A stretch of DNA of 64,000 nt from Candidatus Latescibacterota bacterium (lineage in GTDB: Bacteria; Latescibacterota; UBA2968; UBA8231), in the NCBI GenBank assembly GCA_965242865.1, contig CBDETK010000013.1, forward strand, positions 3,648,001 to 3,712,000. The letters are read 5' to 3'. The notes beneath the pieces are model-generated. The model saw only the letters and a list, made by a program, of their open reading frames with translations, had not been told where the DNA came from and did no database searches. The translations under genes were made by a program, and so were the position numbers. Positions 29,364-40,925 of the stretch are shown here, in pieces. The stretch's first letter is position 1. Every line of letters begins with the position of its first letter.

Positions 29364-30492
29364 AAAACACCCGCCTGCCGAGTGCCCGGTTTTGCAGCAG
29401 CGTCAGTGCCAAAATCGCGACGAAGAGCACAAAAGACATTGCCGAGGCATAGCCTGCGTTGTGGTACTCAAAAACTTGGTCGAAAATGGCAATACTGAGC
29501 ACATCGACCGAGTCGCGGGCCCCCGGGGTCCGCATGATGTAAACGTGGTTAAAGGCTTTGAAGGTCCCAATGACGGCCACCATCGACAAAAAGAACAGGG
29601 TTGGTGAGACCAAGGGCAGGGTAATGTGGCGAAATACTTGCCACTCGCCCGCACCGTCTATCTCGGCGGCCTCATAGTATTGATTGGGGATAGCACTGAG
29701 GCCGGCCAGCAAAATCACCGTGTCGTAGCCGATATAGACCCAAATGTTGTATAGGATGATTGAGGTCAGGGCTAGGCTCGGGAAGACGCTGTCCACCCAC
29801 GCGGGGTAAGAATCAAAACCAACCCCTTGTAGCAGCAGGGCTACGACGGACTTGCTCTCGTAGAGCCAGCGCTGACTCTCCAGCCCCCAAAAGCCCCAGA
29901 AGCGGTTGGCCAGCGAGGAAGGGTGAGGACTAAAGATGGTGCGGAAAACCACGGCTGAGGCGATGATCGGCGTGACATAAGGCAGAAAGAACAGCGTGCG
30001 AAACGCACCCCTAGCCCGGGCGATCTTGAAGAGCAAATACGCCAGCCCGGTGGCCAAGCTCAGCTGGCACGGGATCGTCCCAACCGCGTAGAAAAACGTG
30101 ACCTTGAAGCCGTTGTACAGCACGGGATCGCCGGTTTCGACGAGGCCACCCAAGCCCTGAACCCCCCCCAACCAAAGCCCCGACAGTGCGACTACGCCCC
30201 AAGCGATGCAGACGTAACGGGGACGCAGACCGCGCTTGGATAACGTGGCGCGGAGGCGATAGGCCGCGCAGACGAGGCCCATCCCGGCGATGAAGGCCAA
30301 CAGCTGCTGCGGGTCGCCCAAGGCGCGGACATAGTGGTCGAACCCAACCACCGCTTCCTTCCTTATTCGCCACTTGTGCAGGCTGACGTACAAGGCATAG
30401 CCAATAGGGAAAATTCCAAACGCGCCTAGCAGGACCAAGGCCGGCGCAAGGAGGCCCCAAGCAGTCTGTTGTTCTCGGATGCGGGTACTCAT
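29353..30492 (-). CDS. Carbohydrate ABC transporter permease (MalF/UgpA-like)
   Basis: LAGLSAIP..YYEAAEIDGA...FRHITLPLVSPT, GYASA. Confidence 0.9.
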   Translation of the reverse strand: MSTRIREQQTAWGLLAPALVLLGAFGIFPIGYALYVSLHKWRIRKEAVVGFDHYVRALGDPQQLLAFIAGMGLVCAAYRLRATLSKRGLRPRYVCIAWGVVALSGLWLGGVQGLGGLVETGDPVLYNGFKVTFFYAVGTIPCQLSLATGLAYLLFKIARARGAFRTLFFLPYVTPIIASAVVFRTIFSPHPSSLANRFWGFWGLESQRWLYESKSVVALLLQGVGFDSYPAWVDSVFPSLALTSIILYNIWVYIGYDTVILLAGLSAIPNQYYEAAEIDGAGEWQVFRHITLPLVSPTLFFLSMVAVIGTFKAFNHVYIMRTPGARDSVDVLSIAIFDQVFEYHNAGYASAMSFVLFVAILALTLLQNRALGRRVFYGS

Positions 30493-30571
30493 CGGCGTGA
30501 GAGAATGCGGAGACGGGAGACTAAATGCGCGGAGAATGCGGCCTCGCCCCGGTTATCGACGGGATCTAGCC

Positions 30572-30609
30572 AAAAGAAGAAGGCTCCTGAAAGGAACGCT
30601 TCAGGAGCC
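30572..30609 (-). terminator. Intrinsic terminator after the tRNA cluster
   Basis: GGCTCCTGAA/TTCAGGAGCC stem followed on the minus strand by TTCTTCTTTT. Confidence 0.75.
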
Positions 30610-30614
30610 GATAT

Positions 30615-30690
30615 TGGCTGCCCCCCTAGGGCTCGAACCTAGAACCTCCTGATCCAGAGTCAGGCGCACTTCCAATTGTGCTAGAGGGCA
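30615..30690 (-). tRNA. tRNA-Gln(CTG)
   Basis: TGCCCTC acceptor, anticodon arm CCTGA-CTCTGGA-TCAGG, GGTTCGAG T-loop, encoded CCA. Confidence 0.93.
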
Positions 30691-30702
30691 ACTAGGGGAA
30701 AT

Positions 30703-30796
<94 letters not shown>

Positions 30797-30869
30797 GAAA
30801 CTCAAAAATAAACTTTTGACGTGCTCCCACCGCTAAAAGGGATGGGGTTGGGGCGGCATCAAATGTAAC

Positions 30870-30956
30870 TGGCGGAGGGTGAGGGACTCGAACCCTCAAG
30901 GGCGTAAGCCCGGCGGTTTTCAAGACCGCTGCCTTACCAATTAGGTCTAACCCTCC
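30870..30956 (-). tRNA. tRNA-Ser(TGA)
   Basis: GGAGGGT acceptor, GCGGT-CTTGAAA-ACCGC, long variable arm, GGTTCGAGTCC, GCCA end. Confidence 0.95.
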
Positions 30957-30999
30957 TTTTCGCGGCAAGGAAAAAATATACAGGAGGCACCATCTCAGG

Positions 31000-33522
31000 T
31001 CAACCCGAGGGCTTCCCATCGGCCTCGCCATCTTCCCAGCTATTCTCTTCCTCGCTACAGGGCAGTGGGGCCATGTCGATAACTCGGTCGCCCTCGTCCA
31101 GATTGATCACCCGAACTCCTTGGGTATTGCGCCCGATGGGGGGTAACCCTTGTACGGGAATGCGAATCATAATACCGTTCTGGGTTACCACCATGACCTC
31201 CTCTTCGGCTTCGATCTCCCTACAGGCCACTACGTGGCCGTTGCGTGGGGTGGTCTTGATGTCGATGACGCCTTGGCCATCGCGATGCTTGCTGGGGTAC
31301 TCGGCTTGGCTGGTGCGCTTGCCATAGCCATTTTCGCAGATGGTCAACAAAGTGCTGCTTTCGCGCACTACGACCATGTCCACAACTTCGTCCTCTTCTC
31401 CTAGGCGCAAGCTAATGCCCTTAACGCCCGTAGAAACCCGGCCCATAGAGCGGACTTCGCTTTCGCTAAAGCGCATGGCTCGGCCGTTGCGCGTCAACAG
31501 GGCAATATCCTGCTGTCCGTCGGTGATGGCCGCCCCAATCAGGTCGTCGTCGTCTTGGATCTTCAGGGCGATGATCCCGTCGCGGCGGATGTTCTGGTAG
31601 GCCGAGAGCTTGGTCTTCTTGACAATGCCGTTGCGCGTAGCCGTGAACAAGAACCGCTCGTCGGAAAACTCTTGAACTGGTACGATGGCGCATATCTGGT
31701 CGTCTGGGTCAAGCGGCAGCAGGTTGGCTATTGACCGCCCTTGAGCCGTGCGGTCACCTTCGGGTATGCGAAAGACCTTGAGCCAATAACATTTGCCCTT
31801 GGCAGTCAGGAACATGATATAGGAATGGGTCGAAGCCACGAAGAGGTGTTCGACAAAGTCCTCTTCCTTGGTCTTCATACCGGTCACCCCGCGCCCGCCG
31901 CGATTCTGTACTCGATAGGCCCTAGGGGACAGGCGCTTGATATAGCCATTGCGCGAGATGGTGACGACCATGTCCTCTTCGGCAATCAAGTCCTCAATGT
32001 CGAATTCCTCGGCGGCATAGACGATCTCCGTGCGGCGCTCATCGCCGAAGCGCTCGTCGATCTCATCAATCTCATCCTTGATGATCTGCATCTGCCGCTC
32101 CCGGCTGGCGAGGATGTCCCTCTGGTCCTCAATCGTCGTTACCAATTCCTTGTACTCGGCTTCAATTTTGTCGCGCTCCAAGCCTGTCAAACGCTGCAAG
32201 GGCATGCTTAGAATGGCTTGAATCTGCCGCTCGCTCAGCTCGAATTGCACGTTAGCCTGCCGATCGACGAGTGATGTGGGGCGGATGCAGGCCAGCCGGT
32301 CATGAGCATCTGCCGGGCTCGACGAGCGGCGAATGGTCTCAATCACTAAGTCTATGTGGTCCAAGGCGATGCGCAGGCCCTCAAGGATGTGCGCTCGAGC
32401 TTCGGCTTTCTCCAAGTCGAATTTCGCACGACGCACGATCACGTCATGGCGGTGGTCAATATAGTGCTGCAGTAGCTGCTTGAGGTTGAGCATCTCAGGA
32501 CGGCCATTGACAATGGCCAACATCATTACCCCGTAGGTAGTCTGCAACATGCTGTGGCTATAGAGTTGGTTGAGCACGACTTCGGCTTGGGCTTCTCTCT
32601 TGCATTCAAATACGATGCGCAGCCCCTTGCGGCCCGATTCGTCGCGAATGTTGGCAAGCCCGTCAATGGTCTTGTCGCGCACCAAGTCGGCGATTTTCTC
32701 TAATAAGCTGGCCTTGTTTACCAAGAAGGGGATTTCGGTGACAACGATGTTCTCGCGGCCGTTCTTGAGGGTTTCAATATCCGCCCGCGCTCTGATGTAA
32801 ATCAGTCCCCTCCCGGTTGCGTAGGCCTGCTGTACCCCGCTCATGCCGTAGATGATTCCGCCGGTGGGAAAGTCTGGAGCCTTGACGTACTCGAGCAACT
32901 CGGCAATGGAGATGTCGGGACGATCAATCAGTGCCTTGAGACCGCTGGCGACTTCCCGCAAGTTGTGCGGTGGGACCTTGGTGGCCATGCCGACAGCGAT
33001 GCCCATTGAGCCGTTGCATATCAGGTTGGGGAACCTAGACGGCAAAACCAGCGGCTCTTGCTGAGTCTCGTCGTAGTTGCTGGCGAATTCGACGGTATTC
33101 TTGTCGAGATCCGCTAGAAGCTCCATCGCCGGCCTGCTCAGCCTCGCCTCTGTGTAGCGCATAGCCGCCGGGGGGTAGCCGTCAATTGAACCGAAGTTGC
33201 CTTGGCCTTGGACCAGTGGATAACGAAAGCGAAAGTTCTGCGCCATATGCACCAGCGTCGGATAGACAATGTCTTCGCCGTGCGGGTGGTAATTACCTGA
33301 GGTGTCGCCAGCAATTTTGGCGCACTTGCGGTAGCCGCGATTGGGAAAAAGGCTCAAGTCGTTCATCGCCACCAAGATGCGACGCTGGGACGGCTTGAGA
33401 CCATCGCGGACATCGGGTAGGGCGCGCGACCGTATAAAGCTCATTGAATAGTCGAGGAAAGAGGTTTTGAGCTCCTCCTCAATTTTGACCCGCAGCACCC
33501 GGCTTTCTTGCTGTTCAAGCAT
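31000..33522 (-). CDS. gyrA: DNA gyrase subunit A
   Basis: RALPDVRDGLKP, YHPHGE, AAMRYTE catalytic Tyr, GyrA-box QNRGGRG. Confidence 0.97.
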   Translation of the reverse strand: MLEQQESRVLRVKIEEELKTSFLDYSMSFIRSRALPDVRDGLKPSQRRILVAMNDLSLFPNRGYRKCAKIAGDTSGNYHPHGEDIVYPTLVHMAQNFRFRYPLVQGQGNFGSIDGYPPAAMRYTEARLSRPAMELLADLDKNTVEFASNYDETQQEPLVLPSRFPNLICNGSMGIAVGMATKVPPHNLREVASGLKALIDRPDISIAELLEYVKAPDFPTGGIIYGMSGVQQAYATGRGLIYIRARADIETLKNGRENIVVTEIPFLVNKASLLEKIADLVRDKTIDGLANIRDESGRKGLRIVFECKREAQAEVVLNQLYSHSMLQTTYGVMMLAIVNGRPEMLNLKQLLQHYIDHRHDVIVRRAKFDLEKAEARAHILEGLRIALDHIDLVIETIRRSSSPADAHDRLACIRPTSLVDRQANVQFELSERQIQAILSMPLQRLTGLERDKIEAEYKELVTTIEDQRDILASRERQMQIIKDEIDEIDERFGDERRTEIVYAAEEFDIEDLIAEEDMVVTISRNGYIKRLSPRAYRVQNRGGRGVTGMKTKEEDFVEHLFVASTHSYIMFLTAKGKCYWLKVFRIPEGDRTAQGRSIANLLPLDPDDQICAIVPVQEFSDERFLFTATRNGIVKKTKLSAYQNIRRDGIIALKIQDDDDLIGAAITDGQQDIALLTRNGRAMRFSESEVRSMGRVSTGVKGISLRLGEEDEVVDMVVVRESSTLLTICENGYGKRTSQAEYPSKHRDGQGVIDIKTTPRNGHVVACREIEAEEEVMVVTQNGIMIRIPVQGLPPIGRNTQGVRVINLDEGDRVIDMAPLPCSEEENSWEDGEADGKPSG

Positions 33523-33545
33523 TAACTAAATCCTAGCTTTGTAGC

Positions 33546-35830
<2,285 letters not shown>

Positions 35831-35856
<26 letters not shown>

Positions 35857-36919
35857 AACGGGCTGCCTGTCTTGTACTAGGCTCTTGAGGAGTCGTTGCT
35901 ACGACCTGTTCAAACTCACTTACTATGTCCAATAGTTTTCCTATCCGGCCAGAGTCTAACTCTGAAAAAGCATCGTCTAAGAGTAGCACAGGCTGCCGAC
36001 CTGTTTGCTCCTCCATGTAACGAGACTCGGCCAACTTCCACGATATGAGTACCGTTCTTAGCTGGCCCTCGGAGGCGTAAATTTCGGCCTGTTCTCCGTT
36101 CAACGTGAATTTCAAATCATCGCGGTGTGGCCCACAGAGCGTATGACCTATTTGGGTCTCCTGTTCCCCGCGGCGACTGAGTGATTCGCGCAACTCGGCT
36201 CTAAGGGCCTCCAAGTCCTGCTCCTTGGTGCCTTGATAGACGACAGCGGCTTCTTCGCCGCCCAAGGCAAAACGACCGTAATAGCGGAGAAAGGGTGCTC
36301 TCAACTTATTCAGTGCCTCCAAGCGATGAAGTCGGAGTTGAGACCCTAAATCCACCAACTGAGTATTCCATGGTTCCATTACTTGGCTATCGACAAGTCC
36401 TTGCCCCGACTTCTTTGCAGTGCGCAACAAGTAGTTTCTCTGGGCTAACACACGGTAATAGCGCTGCATACACTGCAAGTACGTCGCGCTAGACTGCGAG
36501 ATAAGTATGTCGAGGAGTCGCCGGCGTCGGGCCGGGAAGAGTAGTACCAGCGATACGTCTTCTGGACAGAAGTGAACTGTGCGGAAGGTGCCCAGCAACT
36601 CCGATACTCGAGGCAAGGAATTAGCATCAACAAATGCCTTCTTGCCTTCCTTTTTACTGTAAAAGACGCGTAATTGCTGGTCGTGGCGACCATCAGTACA
36701 CAAGGATCGAATATCAAAGAAATCCTCGCCGTGCGGCACGACGTGCTGATCTTTGGCCCCGCGCACTGACTTACCGATAGATAGGTAGGAAATCGCTTCT
36801 AAGATATTGCTTTTACCGCGGCCGTTTGGGCCAAAAATTAGCACATGATCTGCCGCAAAACTCAAGCGAATCGCGGCAAAATTGCGGAAGGGTCTTAGCG
36901 TTAATTCACGGATCCGCAC
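35831..36919 (-). CDS. recF: DNA replication and repair protein RecF
   Basis: FRNF, GPNGRGKSNILEAI, GPHRDDL, SEGQ, LLLDDAFSELD. Confidence 0.96.
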
Positions 36920-36933
36920 TATTCCTGCTTACC

Positions 36934-38097
36934 TCATCCTGTTGGCCGCAAGGGCATTAGCAAGCAGAAGTAGTCCTCACCTTCCTTTTGTTCCACCGGC
37001 CGCAACAGGGCTGCTGTAACGTGGTCATTGAGCTCGAAACAGACCTCCTGCGCGTCCATCCGGCGCAAGATCTCCATCAGAAACTGGGCGTTGTAGCCAA
37101 CCTCTATCTCTTCAGAGGCGTATTGAGCCGGCACAACCTCCCTCGCTTCGCCGCCGATTTCGGGGCTGGCGGCCGAAAGCTCCACTTGGCCACTGTTTAG
37201 CTTAAAACGCACTTGACGAGTATAGGAACTAGAGAGGATGGACACCCGGCGTACGGCCGGCAGAAGATCTTGGCTAGCTATTCTTAGTTCTTTTTGGTTG
37301 TTTTGAGGGATGACTTGAGTATAGTTGACATAAGGCCCCTCAATCAGACGCGATAGCAAATGCGTCTGTCCTATATTAAACAGGATCTGCGCCTCGCCTA
37401 GCGTGACGTTGACGGGCCCTTTATAGTTACCCAGCAATTTGACGATCTGATTCAACGCTTGGGGGGGGACAATAACCTCGGTCTTTTGGTCGCTCTGCAC
37501 CTGATCCTGTAGATCCATGGCTAATCTGTAGCAAGCCAAGCGCGACCCGTCGGTAGCCACCATCTCCATTCCCTGAGCATCAATGCGCCAGAGCACCCCA
37601 TTGAACACTGGGCGCGTATCATCGCCGGAAACGGCAAAGGCTGTCTTATTAATCATGCCTGCTAGGACATTGGTATCGGTTTGGTCATCCCCTATACTCA
37701 GGTTTACGCCGTCAAGTGCTGTCGGCATACTAGGAAACTCTTCGGCCTCTATTCCCGACAGGCTATACGACCCTTCGCTGCTCTCAGCACCCCCGAGCTG
37801 CCCAGAGAGCCTAAGTCGCTCGTCCTGCACCTCAATACTCAGTTCCGACTCGGGCCATTCTCGAGTGATTTCTGCCAGCTTGCGAGCCGAAACGGTCGTC
37901 TTCCCCTCCGCTTCCACCACAGCAGGGACTTGAGTCCGGATGGACAAATCTAAATCCGTCGCAGACAGAGATAACGTTTTTGTATCGGCGTCAAGCAAAA
38001 TATTAGCCAACACCGGTAGGGAGGGCTTTGAAGGCACGGCTTCTAATACAGTATCAATGCCCCGCCATAACTCATTGCGATTTACTCTTAACTTCAT
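36934..38097 (-). CDS. dnaN: DNA polymerase III beta sliding clamp
   Basis: ATDLDL, VATDGSRLA, SRLIEGPY, LLMPLR. Confidence 0.96.
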   Translation of the reverse strand: MKLRVNRNELWRGIDTVLEAVPSKPSLPVLANILLDADTKTLSLSATDLDLSIRTQVPAVVEAEGKTTVSARKLAEITREWPESELSIEVQDERLRLSGQLGGAESSEGSYSLSGIEAEEFPSMPTALDGVNLSIGDDQTDTNVLAGMINKTAFAVSGDDTRPVFNGVLWRIDAQGMEMVATDGSRLACYRLAMDLQDQVQSDQKTEVIVPPQALNQIVKLLGNYKGPVNVTLGEAQILFNIGQTHLLSRLIEGPYVNYTQVIPQNNQKELRIASQDLLPAVRRVSILSSSYTRQVRFKLNSGQVELSAASPEIGGEAREVVPAQYASEEIEVGYNAQFLMEILRRMDAQEVCFELNDHVTAALLRPVEQKEGEDYFCLLMPLRPTG

Positions 38098-38152
38098 ACA
38101 AATCTTCTTTGGATTATCCTTCTGTCTGTGAACACTGTCTAAAGATTAACTC

Positions 38153-38181
38153 AACTTAGCTTTTATATCTACTTATGTCAA
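38153..38181 (-). promoter_or_regulatory. Putative sigma70 promoter of dnaN
   Basis: TTGACA-N17-TAAGTT. Confidence 0.6.
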
Positions 38182-38600
38182 GTTCTATAATATAGTGTCC
38201 CATTTTTTCATAAGAGAACATAAAAGCAGGTGTGTATTAATAAAAATAAAGGTGTGTATAGAAAAAAAAAAAAATACCCACACCATCCTTTCTTATAAAA
38301 TTACACTTCTCTGTGTTCTTTTTTTCTTAATAATTCTAGTTGTACTCGGGATATGTGGATAATCGTCTTACGGATCTATCTCTAAACAACAAAACATATT
38401 GTTAATAATATGTTTATGAGAAAAGAGAATTGATCGAACAGCAAGAAATTATATGTGGATTACTGAGTGGAAAACCCTAATTTTCCACAGATAAAAGTTA
38501 AAAATGACTGTTTTCTTTTGTCACGTAAAGTTATCCACACTGAATCAATACTCAGGCGGGGATAGGTGTGAATAGTTTTCCACTGTCAAATAGGCACTAT
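38182..38600. other. Chromosomal replication origin (oriC)
   Basis: Very AT-rich dnaA-dnaN spacer. DnaA boxes TGTGGATAA 38354-38362, TGTGGATTA 38454-38462, TTTTCCACA 38481-38489, TTATCCACA 38531-38539, plus weaker ones. Confidence 0.88.
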
Positions 38601-38662
38601 GGTACTAAAAACACAAGACGAAAAGGACCAAGAGGACAGAGGATTAAAGAGGCGGGCTAAGT

Positions 38663-40051
38663 TTAGCGGTTTTGCCGACGAATAGTATTGGACAAATCCT
38701 CAACTAGTTTGGCGAAGACTGGGTCGTTCTTACACTTATTCTCAACAGTGTTTACAGCGTACATGACTGTGGTGTGGTCGCTCCTGCCGAAGTGCTTAGC
38801 GATGGCTTTGAGGCTGAGGCTTCCTCCGATGAGATGCCTGACTAAGAACATGGCAATATGCCTTGCCCTTGCCACGTCTTGCTTTCGTCCTTTTCCGGTG
38901 AGTTGCTCTTGAGTCATATTGAAGTGGTCGGCGACATGCTGCTGGATCTCCTCAATGCTCAATTCCGCTGGGCTAGACCTCAATTTTAGAATATGCTTAG
39001 CCGCCTCGATGCTGCATTCCTTCTTGTAGATTGAGCAGTGGGCGATTAAGCTAATCAACGCCCCCTCGAGTTCGCGGACATTCGATCGGATATGAGTGCC
39101 CAACAGAGCGGCCACCTCATCGGGAAGCCGTATACCACTGCGCTCGGCCTTCTTGTGGAGGATGGCGATCCGGGTCTCGATCTCAGGCGGATCTATTGCG
39201 GTGGCCAGACCCCATATGACGCGGGATTTCAGCCTTTCTTCTAACCCATCAAGATGGCTGGGAGGACTGTCGCAGGTCATGACAATCTGCTTCTCGGACT
39301 GGTGCAAGGTATTAAAAGTGTGAAAGAATTCGTTCTGGGTCTGTTCGCCGCGGAGAAGAAACTGGATGTCATCGAACAGGAGGATGTCCATGTTTCGATA
39401 AAAGTTCTGAAATTCCCTCGTCTTATTGCGGTCTCGGAGCGATTGAATGAAATCGTTCATAAACTTTTCCGAGGGGACATAAATGACCTTTTCGGCGCGG
39501 TTGAGGTCATAGGCGCGATGTCCAATCGCTTGGAGCAGATGAGTTTTACCCAGCCCTGAGCCGCCATAAATCACGAGGGGATTAAATTCCGTGTTACCTG
39601 GGGAATTAGCTACAGCTAATGCCGTTGCATGGGCAAATCGATTGCTATCACCAATGATGAATTCTTCAAAGGTATATTTCTTATTAAGCGGTATTTGAAG
39701 GGGACTGGCTTCTACTGCTTCTTGGCCTCCCTCTGTGGATTCTTTTTTCGGAGCAGAGGGAGGGAGTACTGGATCAAGAACAGGTTGAGGTGCTTGTGCA
39801 ACGGTAAAGGAGATACTTGGAGTTAGTTTCGTCTCTTTCCTTACTACTGATTCGATCATCATCAAGTAGTGCTCCTCTAACCAAGCGGCAGAAAATGCAC
39901 TGGGAACTTGGATGACCAATAAGCCTTCGTCGAATTGGCTCACTGAAGTCTGCTTAAACCAATTATCAAATTTCTGGGGAAGAATTTGACGCTCAATGTT
40001 GAGCAGACACTGGGCCCAGATGTCTTGGGGATCCTGTTTTTCCAACACCAT
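38663..40051 (-). CDS. dnaA: Chromosomal replication initiator DnaA
   Basis: KYTFEEFIIGDSN, FNPLVIYGGSGLGKTHLL, DDIQF, RSNVRELEGAL, RSDHTTVMYA. Confidence 0.97.
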   Translation of the reverse strand: MVLEKQDPQDIWAQCLLNIERQILPQKFDNWFKQTSVSQFDEGLLVIQVPSAFSAAWLEEHYLMMIESVVRKETKLTPSISFTVAQAPQPVLDPVLPPSAPKKESTEGGQEAVEASPLQIPLNKKYTFEEFIIGDSNRFAHATALAVANSPGNTEFNPLVIYGGSGLGKTHLLQAIGHRAYDLNRAEKVIYVPSEKFMNDFIQSLRDRNKTREFQNFYRNMDILLFDDIQFLLRGEQTQNEFFHTFNTLHQSEKQIVMTCDSPPSHLDGLEERLKSRVIWGLATAIDPPEIETRIAILHKKAERSGIRLPDEVAALLGTHIRSNVRELEGALISLIAHCSIYKKECSIEAAKHILKLRSSPAELSIEEIQQHVADHFNMTQEQLTGKGRKQDVARARHIAMFLVRHLIGGSLSLKAIAKHFGRSDHTTVMYAVNTVENKCKNDPVFAKLVEDLSNTIRRQNR

Positions 40052-40088
40052 CTATTGAACGATTTCGCAATTTTTGAGGGGTATTTCT

Positions 40089-40200
40089 AACTTACAAATA
40101 AGGAATATGCTAGTCAAGAGTCTCTCCCGAAGTGCCGCTGAAATTCGTTAGTGCTCAAAGAGTTAAAAGTATTGACACTAATTAGAATAGCCACTAAATT
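40089..40200. promoter_or_regulatory. Divergent sigma70 promoters for dnaA and rpmH
   Basis: Minus: TTGACT(40117-40112)-N17-TAAGTT. Plus: TTGACA(40172-40177)-N17-TAAATT. Confidence 0.6.
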
Positions 40201-40254
40201 GGACTATTTCTGCGTATGCTGTGTATACAACTAACGTGAGGTGAGATTTTTATT

Positions 40255-40389
40255 TTGAAACGCACATTTCAGCCTAGCAATAGGTGCCGCCGCAACAAGC
40301 ATGGCTTTCGCAGGCGCATGAGCACATCCGCCGGTCGCAATATCATCAATCGTCGTCGGAGAAAGGGACGCAAGCAGCTAGCAGTCTAG
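40255..40389 (+). CDS. rpmH: 50S ribosomal protein L34 (not in the ORF track)
   Basis: TTG start after GAGGTG; [44 protein letters not shown]. Confidence 0.95.
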   Translation: MKRTFQPSNRCRRNKHGFRRRMSTSAGRNIINRRRRKGRKQLAV

Positions 40390-40401
40390 TGCTTGTAGCG
40401 T

Positions 40402-40674
40402 TTGATGGATTGGGTTAGAGGCCGCTTCTTTTGGATCCGCTGTGGTCGGGAAGACCGCGGTCAAGTTTTTGTCGTCCGACGCAATTTGGGCAATGCTGTG
40501 AAGCGCAATCGGCTTAAGCGGCACCTGCGTAGTATTTGCCGAAGTCGCCCATACTTTCCTCGTAATCTAGTCGTCTTCTGCCAACCGTCAGCCGTCAAGG
40601 CCCCCTTTACCGACTTGGAAAGGGAACTGGACTTGTTGGTAACAAAAATCCCTATTCTTCTTGTCTCACGATGA
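40402..40674 (+). CDS. rnpA: RNase P protein component (short form)
   Basis: RNR motif GNAVKRNRLKRHLR; position between rpmH and yidD. Confidence 0.85.
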   Translation: MMDWVRGRFFWIRCGREDRGQVFVVRRNLGNAVKRNRLKRHLRSICRSRPYFPRNLVVFCQPSAVKAPFTDLERELDLLVTKIPILLVSR

Positions 40675-40880
40675 AGCAAATCGCCATTTTCATCGTCCGA
40701 GCCTACCGTCTTATACTGTCTCCATACCTTCCCCCATCCTGTCGCTATCGACCTACTTGTTCCCAGTATGCCGAAGAAGCAATAAACAAGTACGGACCGT
40801 TCAAAGGCGGGATGCTTGCTCTAAAGCGGATTAGTCAATGCCATCCCTGGGGAGGGCATGGATACGATCCTTTGCGCTAG
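40671..40880 (+). CDS. yidD: Membrane protein insertion efficiency factor
   Basis: CRYRPTCSQYA, RISQCHPWGGHGYDP. Confidence 0.95.
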   Translation: MKQIAIFIVRAYRLILSPYLPPSCRYRPTCSQYAEEAINKYGPFKGGMLALKRISQCHPWGGHGYDPLR

Positions 40881-40925
40881 TAGTACGTTAATAACCAGTT
40901 GTTTATAAAGGGGCAAGTAAAACCT

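Noticed and set aside
27184-30492. ABC transporter lacking an ATPase as a defect
   Set aside because: Carbohydrate ABC systems commonly share an MsmX/MalK-type ATPase encoded elsewhere.
30492-30615. tRNA-anchored prophage or genomic island boundary
   Set aside because: No integrase and no duplicated tRNA 3' end seen in the window.
30870-30956. tRNA with TGA anticodon as a selenocysteine/suppressor tRNA
   Set aside because: Anticodon TGA reads UCA (Ser); tRNA-Sec would have TCA.
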